Positions 47,141-57,041 of a stretch of 64,000 bases of DNA are shown piece by piece. The first letter of the stretch is position 1. Each line of letters begins with the position of its first letter. The DNA is from an archaeon (GTDB taxonomy: Archaea; Methanobacteriota_B; Thermococci; Methanofastidiosales; NM3), in assembly GCA_004212155.1 (NCBI GenBank), contig RXIG01000004.1:1-64000 (forward strand). The letters run 5' to 3'. Below the pieces are notes generated by a model that was not told where the DNA came from, did no database searches, and was given only the letters and a program-made list of their open reading frames with translations. Made by a program: the position numbers and the translations under genes.

Positions 47141-49150
47141 CTAGCGGACCTTGGCACCGGGTTCAATGTCAGATTCGACGGTAAGGAGACTTACCGAATC
47201 ACCTTTCTCCGCCGCAAGCAGCATCCCCTGGCTTTCTATACCAAAGAGCTTGGCCGGTTCGAGATTTGCAATCATGACTATCTTCTTTCCCTGTATGCTC
47301 TCAGGTGCATAGAACTCAGCAAGGCCTGCCACGAGCTGGCGTTTCTCATCGCCTATGTCAACGATGAGCTTGAGGAGCTTTTTTGACCCCTCAACGCGCT
47401 CGGCAGACTCCACGTATCCTACCCTGAAATCACATTTCGCAAAATCATCATATTGTATCATTGAAGATTCCTCCTTCTTTTGCGCCTGCTTCTTACCACT
47501 ATACCTCGTCTTCAAGGAACTGATGGTCTTGTCCTCAAGCTTCTTGAACAGCATCACAGGTGATGCTATGCGCTCACCGCCAGAAAACATGGGTCGTCGC
47601 GCCTGGTCCCATGGCGACGTGTGTACATCGCCTTGCGCCTTGAGCATGTTCCAGACCTTCTCGGCCGTTTCTGGGAGGTATGGTTCCATGGCTATGGCCA
47701 TCGTTGCGCACAGGTTGAGCGCGGTCTTGATCGTATGCGGCCGTCGAGATTCGTTCTTCCATGGTTCGTCTTCCTGGAAGAACTGATTGCCCATCCTGGC
47801 AAGTTTCATCAACAACTTCAGGCCGGACTTCAGGCGGGCCGAGCCGATGTCAGACGCCATCTGGTCAATGGTTGCACCCACCTCCTGGTAGAACGCTGTG
47901 TCACGCTCCTCATCGTCAACGTCCGGAACGACGCCACCGTAGTATTTGTTGACAAAGGTCAAAGCGCGGTAGATGAAGTTGCCCAGATTGCCGACGAGTT
48001 CCTCGTTGTTGCGTTTCTGGAAGTCCTCCCAGGTAAAGTCGACATCTGACTTTTCGGGGCGATTTATGTAGATGTAGTATCTCCATACGTCCACTGGTAT
48101 TGACGTATCTATGACGTCGTTTCCGAAGATGCCCCTGCCGCGGGATTTGGAGAACGCACCGCCTTCGTAGTTGAGGTATTCTGTGCTTGACAGCTGATGG
48201 ACAAGTATGTAGCCATCATCGGCTGCCATGAGCGTTGCAGGAAACATGATGGTATGGAACGGTACGTTGTCTTTTCCCATGAACTGGTAGAGGTCAACGT
48301 CTGGGTCTTTCCACCATCGTTTCCAGTCGTCATTGGTGCGGGCCGCATAATCCGCAGTGATGGAGATATAACCGATACATGCATCAAACCATACATAAAA
48401 AACCTTGTTGTCCCATCCTTCGAGCGGAACCTTCACCCCCCATTGGAGGTCTCTGGTGATGCATCGCGGCTCAAGCCCTTCATGGATCCAACCTAGTGAG
48501 AAGTTGCGCGCATTTGCAGACCAGTTCCTCTTGCCCGTAATCCATGGCTCGAGCTTGTCTGAGAGCTTGGGAAGGTCGAGGAAAAGGTGCCGAGAGGTAC
48601 GGATCGTTGCCGCAGACCCGCATATCGTACAGCACGGATCTATGAGCTCCTTTGCATCAAGAACCTTGCTGCAGTCCTCGCACTGGTCGCCTCGTGCGTT
48701 GTTGGATCCACAGTGTGGACACGTTCCCTCGACGAAGCGATCGGCTAGGAACTTCTCACATTTTGGACAGTATGTCTGTTCAAGGTCCTTTTCAAAGATG
48801 TATCCGTTGTTATATGCCTTGAGGAACAGGTCTTGCGTTATTTCATGGTGGTAGTGTGTCGACGTCCGTCCAAAGTAGTCAAACGAGATATTGAACCATT
48901 CATATATCTCCTTGTGCTTCTTGTAGTACTTGTCGCATATCTCTTGCGGGCTGAGCCCTTCCTTGAGGGCTATGGACTCCGTTGTCGTCCCATGCTCGTC
49001 TGTTCCACAGACATAGAGCACCTCGTTTTGAGTGTGTCGCTGATAGCGAGCGAAGACATCGGCCGAGAGCACTTGTATGATGTTACCCAAATGGGGTATG
49101 TTGTTAACGTACGGCAATGCACACGTGATTAGGATCTTTTTCTTGGTCAT
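47141..49150 (-). CDS. metG: Methionine-tRNA ligase with C-terminal tRNA-binding domain
   Basis: ALPYVNNIPHLGN, Zn knuckles, GKDN, FSKS, ESQGMLL. Confidence 0.96.
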   Translation of the reverse strand: MTKKKILITCALPYVNNIPHLGNIIQVLSADVFARYQRHTQNEVLYVCGTDEHGTTTESIALKEGLSPQEICDKYYKKHKEIYEWFNISFDYFGRTSTHYHHEITQDLFLKAYNNGYIFEKDLEQTYCPKCEKFLADRFVEGTCPHCGSNNARGDQCEDCSKVLDAKELIDPCCTICGSAATIRTSRHLFLDLPKLSDKLEPWITGKRNWSANARNFSLGWIHEGLEPRCITRDLQWGVKVPLEGWDNKVFYVWFDACIGYISITADYAARTNDDWKRWWKDPDVDLYQFMGKDNVPFHTIMFPATLMAADDGYILVHQLSSTEYLNYEGGAFSKSRGRGIFGNDVIDTSIPVDVWRYYIYINRPEKSDVDFTWEDFQKRNNEELVGNLGNFIYRALTFVNKYYGGVVPDVDDEERDTAFYQEVGATIDQMASDIGSARLKSGLKLLMKLARMGNQFFQEDEPWKNESRRPHTIKTALNLCATMAIAMEPYLPETAEKVWNMLKAQGDVHTSPWDQARRPMFSGGERIASPVMLFKKLEDKTISSLKTRYSGKKQAQKKEESSMIQYDDFAKCDFRVGYVESAERVEGSKKLLKLIVDIGDEKRQLVAGLAEFYAPESIQGKKIVMIANLEPAKLFGIESQGMLLAAEKGDSVSLLTVESDIEPGAKVR

Positions 49151-49239
49151 TGTCACACCTCTACCACGTAGAAACGATATCACCCACATGCGAAGTTATA
49201 TTTAAATAGTTTCGGTTTTAGTAGGGGGTTAGTGATGGC

Positions 49240-50496
49240 ATGCTGATACAAGGAGGACTCGTCTATACAAACGGTGCGTTTGTCAAACGCGACATAGAGA
49301 TCGAAGGGGGCGTTATACGTTCATTGGGCACAGGCCTTGAGGGTAATGACGTCTTTGACGCCCGAGGCTTTGTGATCGTGCCTGGATTCGTCAATGCCCA
49401 TACACACCTTTCAATGTCGCTTCTTCGGGGAGCAGGCGACGACATGCCACTGCATTCATGGCTCAATGACCGCATCTGGCCCCTTGAGGCATCGCTTTCC
49501 TACGATGACTGTTACTGGGGGTCGCTTTTCGGTATAGTGGAGATGCTCAAGACGGGCACGACGTGCTTCAACGACATGTACTTCCACATGGATGCCACAA
49601 CCCGTGCGGTGAGGGAAACGGGGATACGTGCCGCGATCACGCATGCGGTGATAGACCTCGGTGACGAGAAGAAGGCGCAAACCGAGCTTCAGGAGTCGTC
49701 CAGGATACACCGCATGTGTAGGGACGAAAAACGTATCTCATACATGATGGGCCCTCATGCGCCGTACACATGTTCTGAGGCGTTCCTTTTACAGATCAAG
49801 GAATATGCGCGCGCCCATGGCATCAAGACCCATATACACCTCTCCGAGACAAGAAAAGAGGTCGAGGACATGGAACAGGAGCGCAGTGTGACACCGGTAG
49901 GGTATCTCGATTCCCTTTCGTTCCTCGATGAGGATACTATCTGTGCTCATGGCGTCCATTTAACGCCCGAAGACATCAAGCTCATCTCTTCTCGCGGATG
50001 CAGCATCGTGCATTGCCCCCAGTCGAATCTCAAGCTCTCTTCCGGCATCGCGCCGCTGCCACAGCTGCTTGACGCCCCGATCGACATTGCACTCGGCACC
50101 GATGGTGCCGCTTCGAACAATAGCCTCAACATGATCCAGGAAACAAAGTGCATGGCGCTCATACACAAGTTGCAGGGCGCAACAGAGGTGCCCGCATCGA
50201 CAGCATTTTCCATTGCGACACGGGGCGGTGGCAAGGCGCTCGGACTGCCAGTGGGCGAGCTCACACCCGGTTATAATGCTGATATGGTGTTCATTGATGC
50301 ATCGCATTTTTCCATGCGACCATCCCATTCCTTGATTTCCAATCTTGTCTACTCCCTGCAGGAAGAGGCCATCCGTCATGTCATGGTGGATGGAACGTTC
50401 GTGCTCAGGGATCGGGAACTTACCATGGTCGACGAGACGTCGATAATCGAGAAGGCATGCGAACATGCCAATGCCCTCGTGGAGCTGATAGAATGA
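49240..50496 (+). CDS. MTA/SAH/5'-deoxyadenosine deaminase-family amidohydrolase
   Basis: NAHTH, PHAPYT, HIHLSE, GTDGAASNN. Confidence 0.88.
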   Translation: MLIQGGLVYTNGAFVKRDIEIEGGVIRSLGTGLEGNDVFDARGFVIVPGFVNAHTHLSMSLLRGAGDDMPLHSWLNDRIWPLEASLSYDDCYWGSLFGIVEMLKTGTTCFNDMYFHMDATTRAVRETGIRAAITHAVIDLGDEKKAQTELQESSRIHRMCRDEKRISYMMGPHAPYTCSEAFLLQIKEYARAHGIKTHIHLSETRKEVEDMEQERSVTPVGYLDSLSFLDEDTICAHGVHLTPEDIKLISSRGCSIVHCPQSNLKLSSGIAPLPQLLDAPIDIALGTDGAASNNSLNMIQETKCMALIHKLQGATEVPASTAFSIATRGGGKALGLPVGELTPGYNADMVFIDASHFSMRPSHSLISNLVYSLQEEAIRHVMVDGTFVLRDRELTMVDETSIIEKACEHANALVELIE

Positions 50497-51221
50497 AGAT
50501 CCTCGTGACAAACGACGACGGGGTCCATAGCCCCGCTCTTGTCTATCTTCGTGACGAACTTGAACAGTTCGGCGACGTCACCATCGTCGCCCCGGAACGC
50601 GAGGCATCGGCCTCGTCACATGCAATCACCGTGCACCACCCATTGCGCCTCTACGAGTGTACGCTCTTTGATGGGTCGCGCGGATGGGCCGTATCAGGGA
50701 CACCCGCCGACAGCGTCGTGCTTGGCATCTTGAAGTTTGGAACGCCCGATCTCATCATATCAGGCATCAATCCCGGCGCAAACCTCGGCGACGACGTAAC
50801 ATACTCTGGGACGGTGGGTGCCGCATTCGAGGCAGCTCTCTATGATATCAACGCCATTGCAGTCTCGGTCATCGATGTCGAGGAACCGGACTACGCAGAG
50901 GCCGCACGTCAGACCGCCGATGTCGTACGCATGAGCGAACAGCTTCCTAACCCATTCCTTCTCAACGTGAACATACCGCCACATCACAACGGCAAGCGCC
51001 GTATCACCACGCTTGGACGGCGGCTATGGTCAAACAATGTCCAAGAGCGCATCGACCCGCGCAACAAACCGTATTATTGGATATCGGGCGAGCCAAAGGA
51101 GACCTATGATGAGGGCACCGACATCCACGCCACCAATCACGGCTTCATATCGGTGACGCCCCTGAAGCTCGACCTTACGGACTCGTCGATGATCGAACGT
51201 CTCAGGGCATTGCTCGAATGA
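50493..51221 (+). CDS. surE: 5'/3'-nucleotidase SurE
   Basis: ILVTNDDG, GTPAD, SGINPGAN, YSGTVGAA. Confidence 0.95.
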   Translation: MKILVTNDDGVHSPALVYLRDELEQFGDVTIVAPEREASASSHAITVHHPLRLYECTLFDGSRGWAVSGTPADSVVLGILKFGTPDLIISGINPGANLGDDVTYSGTVGAAFEAALYDINAIAVSVIDVEEPDYAEAARQTADVVRMSEQLPNPFLLNVNIPPHHNGKRRITTLGRRLWSNNVQERIDPRNKPYYWISGEPKETYDEGTDIHATNHGFISVTPLKLDLTDSSMIERLRALLE

Positions 51222-51299
51222 ATGCACCATTCATCCTACCGGGCCGGCAAAACCAAAAAGCTTATAATCTATGAATAGATGCACAAGATAGGTGTTTTC

Positions 51300-52568
51300 A
51301 TGCTTGATATCCGCCTTTTTAGAGAATCACCTGAAGTTGTCATACAAAATCTTACGAAGCGCGGCATGGACACGTCAAAGGTCCAGGAGATAATCGACCT
51401 CGACAAGCTGCGCCGCGAGAAGATCACTTCCGTGAACACGCTCAAAAAGGAGCGTAACGACGTTGCAATACGCATCAGGGATCTCAAATCCGAAGGCAAG
51501 GAGATACAGGACGAGATCGACAGGATGCGTACGATAAACGACGATATCGACCGCCTCGACCAGGAGATACAACATGTCGAGTCCTCTCTTGACACGTTGC
51601 TGATGCGCATGCCAAACATTCTTCACGAATCGGTGCCCGTGGGTGAGGAGAACGTGACGATGCGCGAATGGGGCAAGCGCGATCATCTGGGATTCCCTGC
51701 CAAGGGACATACCGAGGTGCTCCAGGCACTGGGGAAGGTCGACATCGAACGTGCAGCGAAGATCGCTGGATCGCGATTTTACTTTCTAAAAGACGAACTC
51801 GTCATGCTCGACTACGCGCTGATGCGGTTCTCTCTCGACTACATGGCTGAGCATGGCTATACGCTGATCGAGCCCCCGTATATGATGAAGCGCCTCCCTT
51901 ACGAGGGCGTGACGGACCTTGGTGACTTTGGCGATGTCATGTACAAGGTGGAGGATGAGGACCTCTATCTCATTGCAACTTCCGAACATCCAATGGCCGC
52001 AATGTACATGGACGAGATATTCGAAAGTGACGACTTGCCGCTCAAGATGGCTGGCATAAGCCCATGTTTCAGGAAGGAGGCCGGCAGCCATGGAAAGGAC
52101 ACAAAGGGCATCTTTCGCGTTCATCAGTTCAACAAGGTCGAACAGTTCATCTTCTGCCGGCCCGATGAATCGTGGAACTACCTCGAAGAGCTTATCGGCA
52201 ACGCGGAGGATCTCTACCGGCGCCTGGAGATACCTTATCGTATCGTGAACATATGCACGGGCGACATTGGCACGGTGGCAGCGAAGAAGTACGACCTCGA
52301 GGCATGGATGCCGGCCCAATGCACATACCGCGAGCTCGTTTCATGCTCCAACTGCACAGACTACCAGGCGCGAAGGCTCAATGTACGCTATCGCACAAAG
52401 GACGGGAACGTGATGTGCCATACGCTCAACTCCACTGCGATTGCCACGACGCGTACCCTCGTTGCACTCGTTGAGAACTACCAGAACGAGGATGGTTCAA
52501 TCACCATACCGCAGGTATTGCGCCCATATGTGGGCAACAGGAAAGAGATCTGCGTGGGCGAGTCGTAA
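51300..52568 (+). CDS. serS: Serine-tRNA ligase (canonical type)
   Basis: ATSE, FRKEAG, RVHQFNKVE, ELVSCSNCTDYQ, TLNST. Confidence 0.96.
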   Translation: MLDIRLFRESPEVVIQNLTKRGMDTSKVQEIIDLDKLRREKITSVNTLKKERNDVAIRIRDLKSEGKEIQDEIDRMRTINDDIDRLDQEIQHVESSLDTLLMRMPNILHESVPVGEENVTMREWGKRDHLGFPAKGHTEVLQALGKVDIERAAKIAGSRFYFLKDELVMLDYALMRFSLDYMAEHGYTLIEPPYMMKRLPYEGVTDLGDFGDVMYKVEDEDLYLIATSEHPMAAMYMDEIFESDDLPLKMAGISPCFRKEAGSHGKDTKGIFRVHQFNKVEQFIFCRPDESWNYLEELIGNAEDLYRRLEIPYRIVNICTGDIGTVAAKKYDLEAWMPAQCTYRELVSCSNCTDYQARRLNVRYRTKDGNVMCHTLNSTAIATTRTLVALVENYQNEDGSITIPQVLRPYVGNRKEICVGES

Positions 52569-53444
52569 ATGTATGGTGGCCACATCACCGACAATCATAT
52601 GCACATCGACCCGCTCCACGGAATTGGCATCGATGCAGTGAGACAGTTCGTGCGCGCAGGCGGCACCCACCTCATACTCGTCGGTAAGACCGCATGGGAC
52701 TGGGATATTGATGCCACCACTGTCGATGACTTCAGAAATGCGTATCTTCGTACCATCGAGCTCGCCGGACGAATCAACGAATCGACCGAGGCGACGGCAT
52801 ATCCCGTAGTGGGCTACCATCCTTCCGAGTTCGTACGGTTGGCTGACGCTCACGGGATAGCGTATGCATACGAGGTGGGCATCGAACTCATCGATATCTG
52901 GGAATCGCTCTATGAAGATGACCTCATCGTTGGCATCGGCGAAGTTGGCCGCCCTCACTTCGATGTGCCATGCGATGTGCTCGACGCTGCCAACGATTTG
53001 TTATTTGAATACTTGAAGACAGCCTTACGCATGGATTGTCCCCTACAGCTGCATACCGAGCACTTCACGGCAGCGTCGTTCGAGAAGCTAGGAGAGCTAG
53101 TGAAAAAAGCAGGTTCTCCACGCAAGGTGATCAAACATTTCAGTCCCCCCCTGCCCGATATTGCACTGGACAATGGTGTGACTGCATCGATCGTTGCTTC
53201 AAGGGATGCCATCAGGGATGCGCTTGCTCGCTCGAAGACATTTTTCATGGAGACGGACTACATCGATGATGCGTCGCGCCCCGGTGCGGTGCTTGGCCCC
53301 AAGACGGTGCCGCGAAGAACCCTCCATCTTCTTGAGCAACAGGCGATGTCAGAAGAGGACGCGCACCATATACACGAGGATCTCGTCTCAAAAACATATG
53401 GTGTCGATATGGACACCAAACCTGTCTACGAAAATGTTAAGTAA
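52569..53444 (+). CDS. TatD-family metallo-hydrolase
   Basis: DNHMH, GYHP, IGEVGRPH, QLHTE, METDY. Confidence 0.88.
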   Translation: MYGGHITDNHMHIDPLHGIGIDAVRQFVRAGGTHLILVGKTAWDWDIDATTVDDFRNAYLRTIELAGRINESTEATAYPVVGYHPSEFVRLADAHGIAYAYEVGIELIDIWESLYEDDLIVGIGEVGRPHFDVPCDVLDAANDLLFEYLKTALRMDCPLQLHTEHFTAASFEKLGELVKKAGSPRKVIKHFSPPLPDIALDNGVTASIVASRDAIRDALARSKTFFMETDYIDDASRPGAVLGPKTVPRRTLHLLEQQAMSEEDAHHIHEDLVSKTYGVDMDTKPVYENVK

Positions 53445-53472
53445 TCAACGATGAGATTATGGGTGTGATAGT

Positions 53473-54201
53473 GTGGCAGCGCGAAAATTGAGGGTAAAGG
53501 ACGTGGTGTATGGTTCCATTCTCCCCCGGGAGCGTGGCACGCCCAGGATTCGCACCAATTTTGGTGAACACGAGGAAGTGCGTCTATGCGGCACCGTGCT
53601 CAATACGTTCATCAATGACGAAGGCACATATGGGAATCTCGTGATCGACGATGGATCCGCTAGCATCGTAGCGAAGTTCTGGCGCGGCGATGTTAATCGT
53701 GTTAAGGAAACCGCTCTCGGGGACATCCTCGATGTCGTCGCCACCGTCGGCGAGTACAACAACGAGATCTACGTACAACCATCCTCGATTTTCACTACAG
53801 ACCTTCATGCATGGATCTATTTTCAGCTCAGCGTCGCATCCGAGATACGACGTCTCGACGAGCAAGGGAATTGGAAACGCGTCGAGGAGCGTTCATCGGA
53901 TGAGGGCCCATCATCGTTTGACCAGTATCAGGACACACAAGACCAGCGGCAGTGGTCAAACGAGACATCCAGTGCATCGTCGACAGGCGAGGAGGTTGAC
54001 TCGTTTGAGGAGGATACCATTATCTTTGACGACGACGAGATCACGCGCACTGTCCTTGAATCCCTTGGCGAGGAGGGTAGCACCAAGGACGAGATCGTCG
54101 AGAAGACCGATTTGGATGACATCGACGTCATGCTCGCGCTACGGGAACTGATGGAGTCCGGCGATATCTTCGAGGTCGACGGCACCTACAAGAAGCTTTG
54201 A
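53473..54201 (+). CDS. RPA32-like OB-fold protein with C-terminal winged helix
   Basis: VRLCGTV...IDDGS OB fold, acidic linker, LRELMESGDIFE. Confidence 0.8.
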   Translation: MAARKLRVKDVVYGSILPRERGTPRIRTNFGEHEEVRLCGTVLNTFINDEGTYGNLVIDDGSASIVAKFWRGDVNRVKETALGDILDVVATVGEYNNEIYVQPSSIFTTDLHAWIYFQLSVASEIRRLDEQGNWKRVEERSSDEGPSSFDQYQDTQDQRQWSNETSSASSTGEEVDSFEEDTIIFDDDEITRTVLESLGEEGSTKDEIVEKTDLDDIDVMLALRELMESGDIFEVDGTYKKL

Positions 54202-54782
54202 CCATTGACATCCCTGTCTATGCGATTGAGCAAGAGCACGATGCAGTGTGAAGCATGGAGTACTCGTGGAGAGACGGAGACGCGTAGCGGTGCATCATGT
54301 AGCAACTTCTCTTCTTCCGGTTCGAATCCTATATGGTCGCCGAGCACGAAGCAGGGGTCTGATGGAAGCGTGCAGCTGGGCATATCATCTCCATTTTCGT
54401 CAAGGACAACAAGCCGTTCCATGTTCTCCCCCACGATGTCCTTGAACGACGCATCGGAGACATAGATGCCAGGCGTTGATTCGACCTCCCTCCCAGGTTC
54501 GTATGCACGTAATGCCTTTTGTAGTAATATGGCGGTGCTTCGCTCGTCTGGCGAGAGGTACCGTACCTTATCGCCTTTAACGCGGATGGTGCGGGGCGGC
54601 GTAGGGGGGCCTTCGAGGCACAAAATGACTTCTACATCAGTACGTATGTCATGAGAGAGCAAGAGTGAGGAGGTAAGGCATCGGCACATCACATCCATCC
54701 TTCCACCAGAGCCCGGCAGGTCTTTGAGTAGGAAGTCGGGGCTCGAGTGCGCTTTGTTCCCCTTGATGACGATCGTTATCAT
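54186..54782 (-). CDS. trmY: tRNA pseudouridine-54 N1-methyltransferase
   Basis: LKDLPGSGGRMDVMCRC, PDERS, FVLGDHIG, LHASHCI. Confidence 0.94.
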   Translation of the reverse strand: MITIVIKGNKAHSSPDFLLKDLPGSGGRMDVMCRCLTSSLLLSHDIRTDVEVILCLEGPPTPPRTIRVKGDKVRYLSPDERSTAILLQKALRAYEPGREVESTPGIYVSDASFKDIVGENMERLVVLDENGDDMPSCTLPSDPCFVLGDHIGFEPEEEKLLHDAPLRVSVSPRVLHASHCIVLLLNRIDRDVNGQSFL

Positions 54783-54997
54783 GGTATGATTTTTTCCCCG
54801 ATGTTATTATTTTTTTGCATTGCGATACAGTCTCGAGGCTTTGCACATAACGCCGTATCTTTTCATGTGCATTCGTACGCAGCGCCAAGCGGCATGCGCA
54901 CCTGATGCTTGCTGGCATCCTCCATCCCCCTTCAAGCGCATGGGGGAATGCTTTTTTTCTGTATGTTGTATGTTACGTTCACGTTAGCGTTGTCAAC

Positions 54998-55081
54998 ACT
55001 GCCGTCCCCGGCGACAAACAGTCCCCTGCGGACGCACATCCCGCAACGCCACCCGCAGGTGCGATACGCGTACACGACAGT
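54998..55081 (-). ncRNA. Candidate structured RNA (GC-rich nested hairpin)
   Basis: Outer stem ACTGTCGT/ACGGCAGT and a 15-bp inner stem, with several G-U pairs possible only on the minus strand. Lies in a ~460-nt gap with no convincing ORF. Confidence 0.35.
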
Positions 55082-55246
55082 TACTGGGATAAGAACACAT
55101 ATAGTGGATATGCAAGGAATAGTCTATAACAATTGGGGAAAAGGGCCATAGCTTCATGTTTGGCCTGTTGGGCCTTAATGTTCAAGTTATCTTTATGTGC
55201 AAAGCCCAGTCTCGAACAACGTTTATAAAAGAAACCAGAATTAAAT

Positions 55247-55768
55247 ATGTACATGCGTGGACTCTATATCGGAAGATTCCAGCCATTTCATCTGGGACAC
55301 CTTGAAGTGGTCAGAACGATCATGGAAAAGGTCGATGAGCTCATCATCGTCATTGGCAGTGCACAATACTCGCATACTCACCGCAATCCGTTCACTGCAG
55401 GGGAACGATACGAGATGATACGCTCCGCACTCATCGAAGAGGGCATATCCTGCTCCCGATTCATGATCGTGACAGTGGAGGACATCAATAAACACCCCCT
55501 GTGGGTGGCGCATGTCAGAAGCATGGTGCCGACGTTTGATGTCGTCTTCACCAACGAGCCCCTCAACGCGCGCCTCTTCGAAGAGGCCGGCTGCAAGGTG
55601 GAGGGAGTGCCCCTATTCTCACGGGCAATGTATTCATCAACGCGCGTTCGAGAGGAGTGCATCACGTCACATGAGTGGTCTTCGCTTGTTCCAAGTGCTG
55701 TGTCAGAGGTCATAAAACGCATCGATGGCGTGACCCGCCTCTGTCAGATACATAGTAGTGATTCGTAA
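55247..55768 (+). CDS. nadM: NMN adenylyltransferase
   Basis: GRFQPFHLGH, IGSAQ, NPFTAGER, SSTRVR. Confidence 0.93.
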   Translation: MYMRGLYIGRFQPFHLGHLEVVRTIMEKVDELIIVIGSAQYSHTHRNPFTAGERYEMIRSALIEEGISCSRFMIVTVEDINKHPLWVAHVRSMVPTFDVVFTNEPLNARLFEEAGCKVEGVPLFSRAMYSSTRVREECITSHEWSSLVPSAVSEVIKRIDGVTRLCQIHSSDS

Positions 55769-55833
55769 AATCTGTGCTAAGCGAAACCTTTTTATTATTA
55801 TAATAATAGTATATATCAAGTGGAGTGATATTG

Positions 55834-56100
55834 ATGAACAACATTATCAAGAAAGGCTTAGACCGTGCCGATACAACGTATGAGGTCTCAGTGGTCATCG
55901 ACAATGCAGAAAAGGACGTACTCGATGTGTTCTCGCCTGCAAACGTGTCGCTGAAGACCACCCATACGCCGCATGGCATCTATGTCCACATCAGTGGCGA
56001 TGCGATAGAGGTCATGGAAGCAGAAGTCGGCCTCTACGAGCTTTTAGTGTCTACCTACGACCTTGACACGGATTGCGGCCTGGCACATTCGAAGGCTTAA
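55834..56100 (+). CDS. Hypothetical small protein
   Basis: Own AT-rich promoter and SD GGAGTGA; alternating alpha/beta pattern. Confidence 0.6.
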   Translation: MNNIIKKGLDRADTTYEVSVVIDNAEKDVLDVFSPANVSLKTTHTPHGIYVHISGDAIEVMEAEVGLYELLVSTYDLDTDCGLAHSKA

Positions 56101-56154
56101 TCCTTTTTCTTTCCTTACCCTATTACTTTTATAGGATGCCGACTGCATACGTTC

Positions 56155-57018
56155 ATGGAACAGCGAAGAAAGGGGCTAGTGCTCGTTACTTTGTTCTCTC
56201 TTGCATGGTCGCTCCAGATTACGATGTCAAAGGTCGTGCTCAACGCGGGCATGTCTGCCTTTTCGCTTCTCTTTCAGGTGATGGTGGTATCATCGTTATG
56301 TGTCTTGGGTTACATTCTTCTGTTCAAACCCCGCGCGCTCAATGGCATCGAACACAACGACCTCATCCGTCTTTTGCTCGTCGCTGGTGTTGGGACCGCA
56401 TTGGCAAACAGCTTTGGATATTACGGCCTTGAGAACTCTGCCTCGATCAATTTTGGGTTCTTGGTGAAGACCGCGGTCGTCTTCACGCTCGTGTTTGCGC
56501 ATTTCATGCTTGACGAGCCGATACACATTAGGAAGCTCATGCTCATGTCCAGCCTGCTCTTTGGCGTCTATCTCGTCACGACCAATGGCAGGACGCTCGT
56601 GCCAACACCATACGATGCGTTCATCATACTGAGCGCTTCACTCTATGCACTTGCCAATGTGATAGCAAAGCCTGTGCTCAGGAAGGTGGACTCAGAGGTC
56701 GTGGCATTGTTCCGGCTTGGCATGGGCTCGGTCTTCCTGGCAGCCATATTCCCTTTCCTCGAGCCGTCCTTTTACATTCCCGCGCACGTACCTCTCGTTA
56801 TCATCACGGGATTGTTGTTGGCACTGATGCAACTCTTGCTCTACAAGACGCTCCAGAACACGTCGGCTTGCTATCTCAGCATGATGTCGATGCTCACGCC
56901 ACTTCTCGTGATGGCCCTTGGCCTCATCGTCCTTGGCGAGCAACTGCACACGGTGCAGGCCATTGGAGGCCTGATTGTCGTCTGTTCAGGCATATTCATC
57001 CACAGGATCGAGATATGA
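56155..57018 (+). CDS. DMT/EamA family transporter
   Basis: About 10 TM helices in two repeats; LGEQL..Q.IGG motif. Confidence 0.9.
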   Translation: MEQRRKGLVLVTLFSLAWSLQITMSKVVLNAGMSAFSLLFQVMVVSSLCVLGYILLFKPRALNGIEHNDLIRLLLVAGVGTALANSFGYYGLENSASINFGFLVKTAVVFTLVFAHFMLDEPIHIRKLMLMSSLLFGVYLVTTNGRTLVPTPYDAFIILSASLYALANVIAKPVLRKVDSEVVALFRLGMGSVFLAAIFPFLEPSFYIPAHVPLVIITGLLLALMQLLLYKTLQNTSACYLSMMSMLTPLLVMALGLIVLGEQLHTVQAIGGLIVVCSGIFIHRIEI

Positions 57019-57041
57019 GGTGCCCCCTTTTGGTGCTGCGA

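Noticed and set aside
54649-55151. Small ORFs in the trmY-nadM gap
   Set aside because: They have no convincing SD, atypical composition and overlap in conflicting frames.
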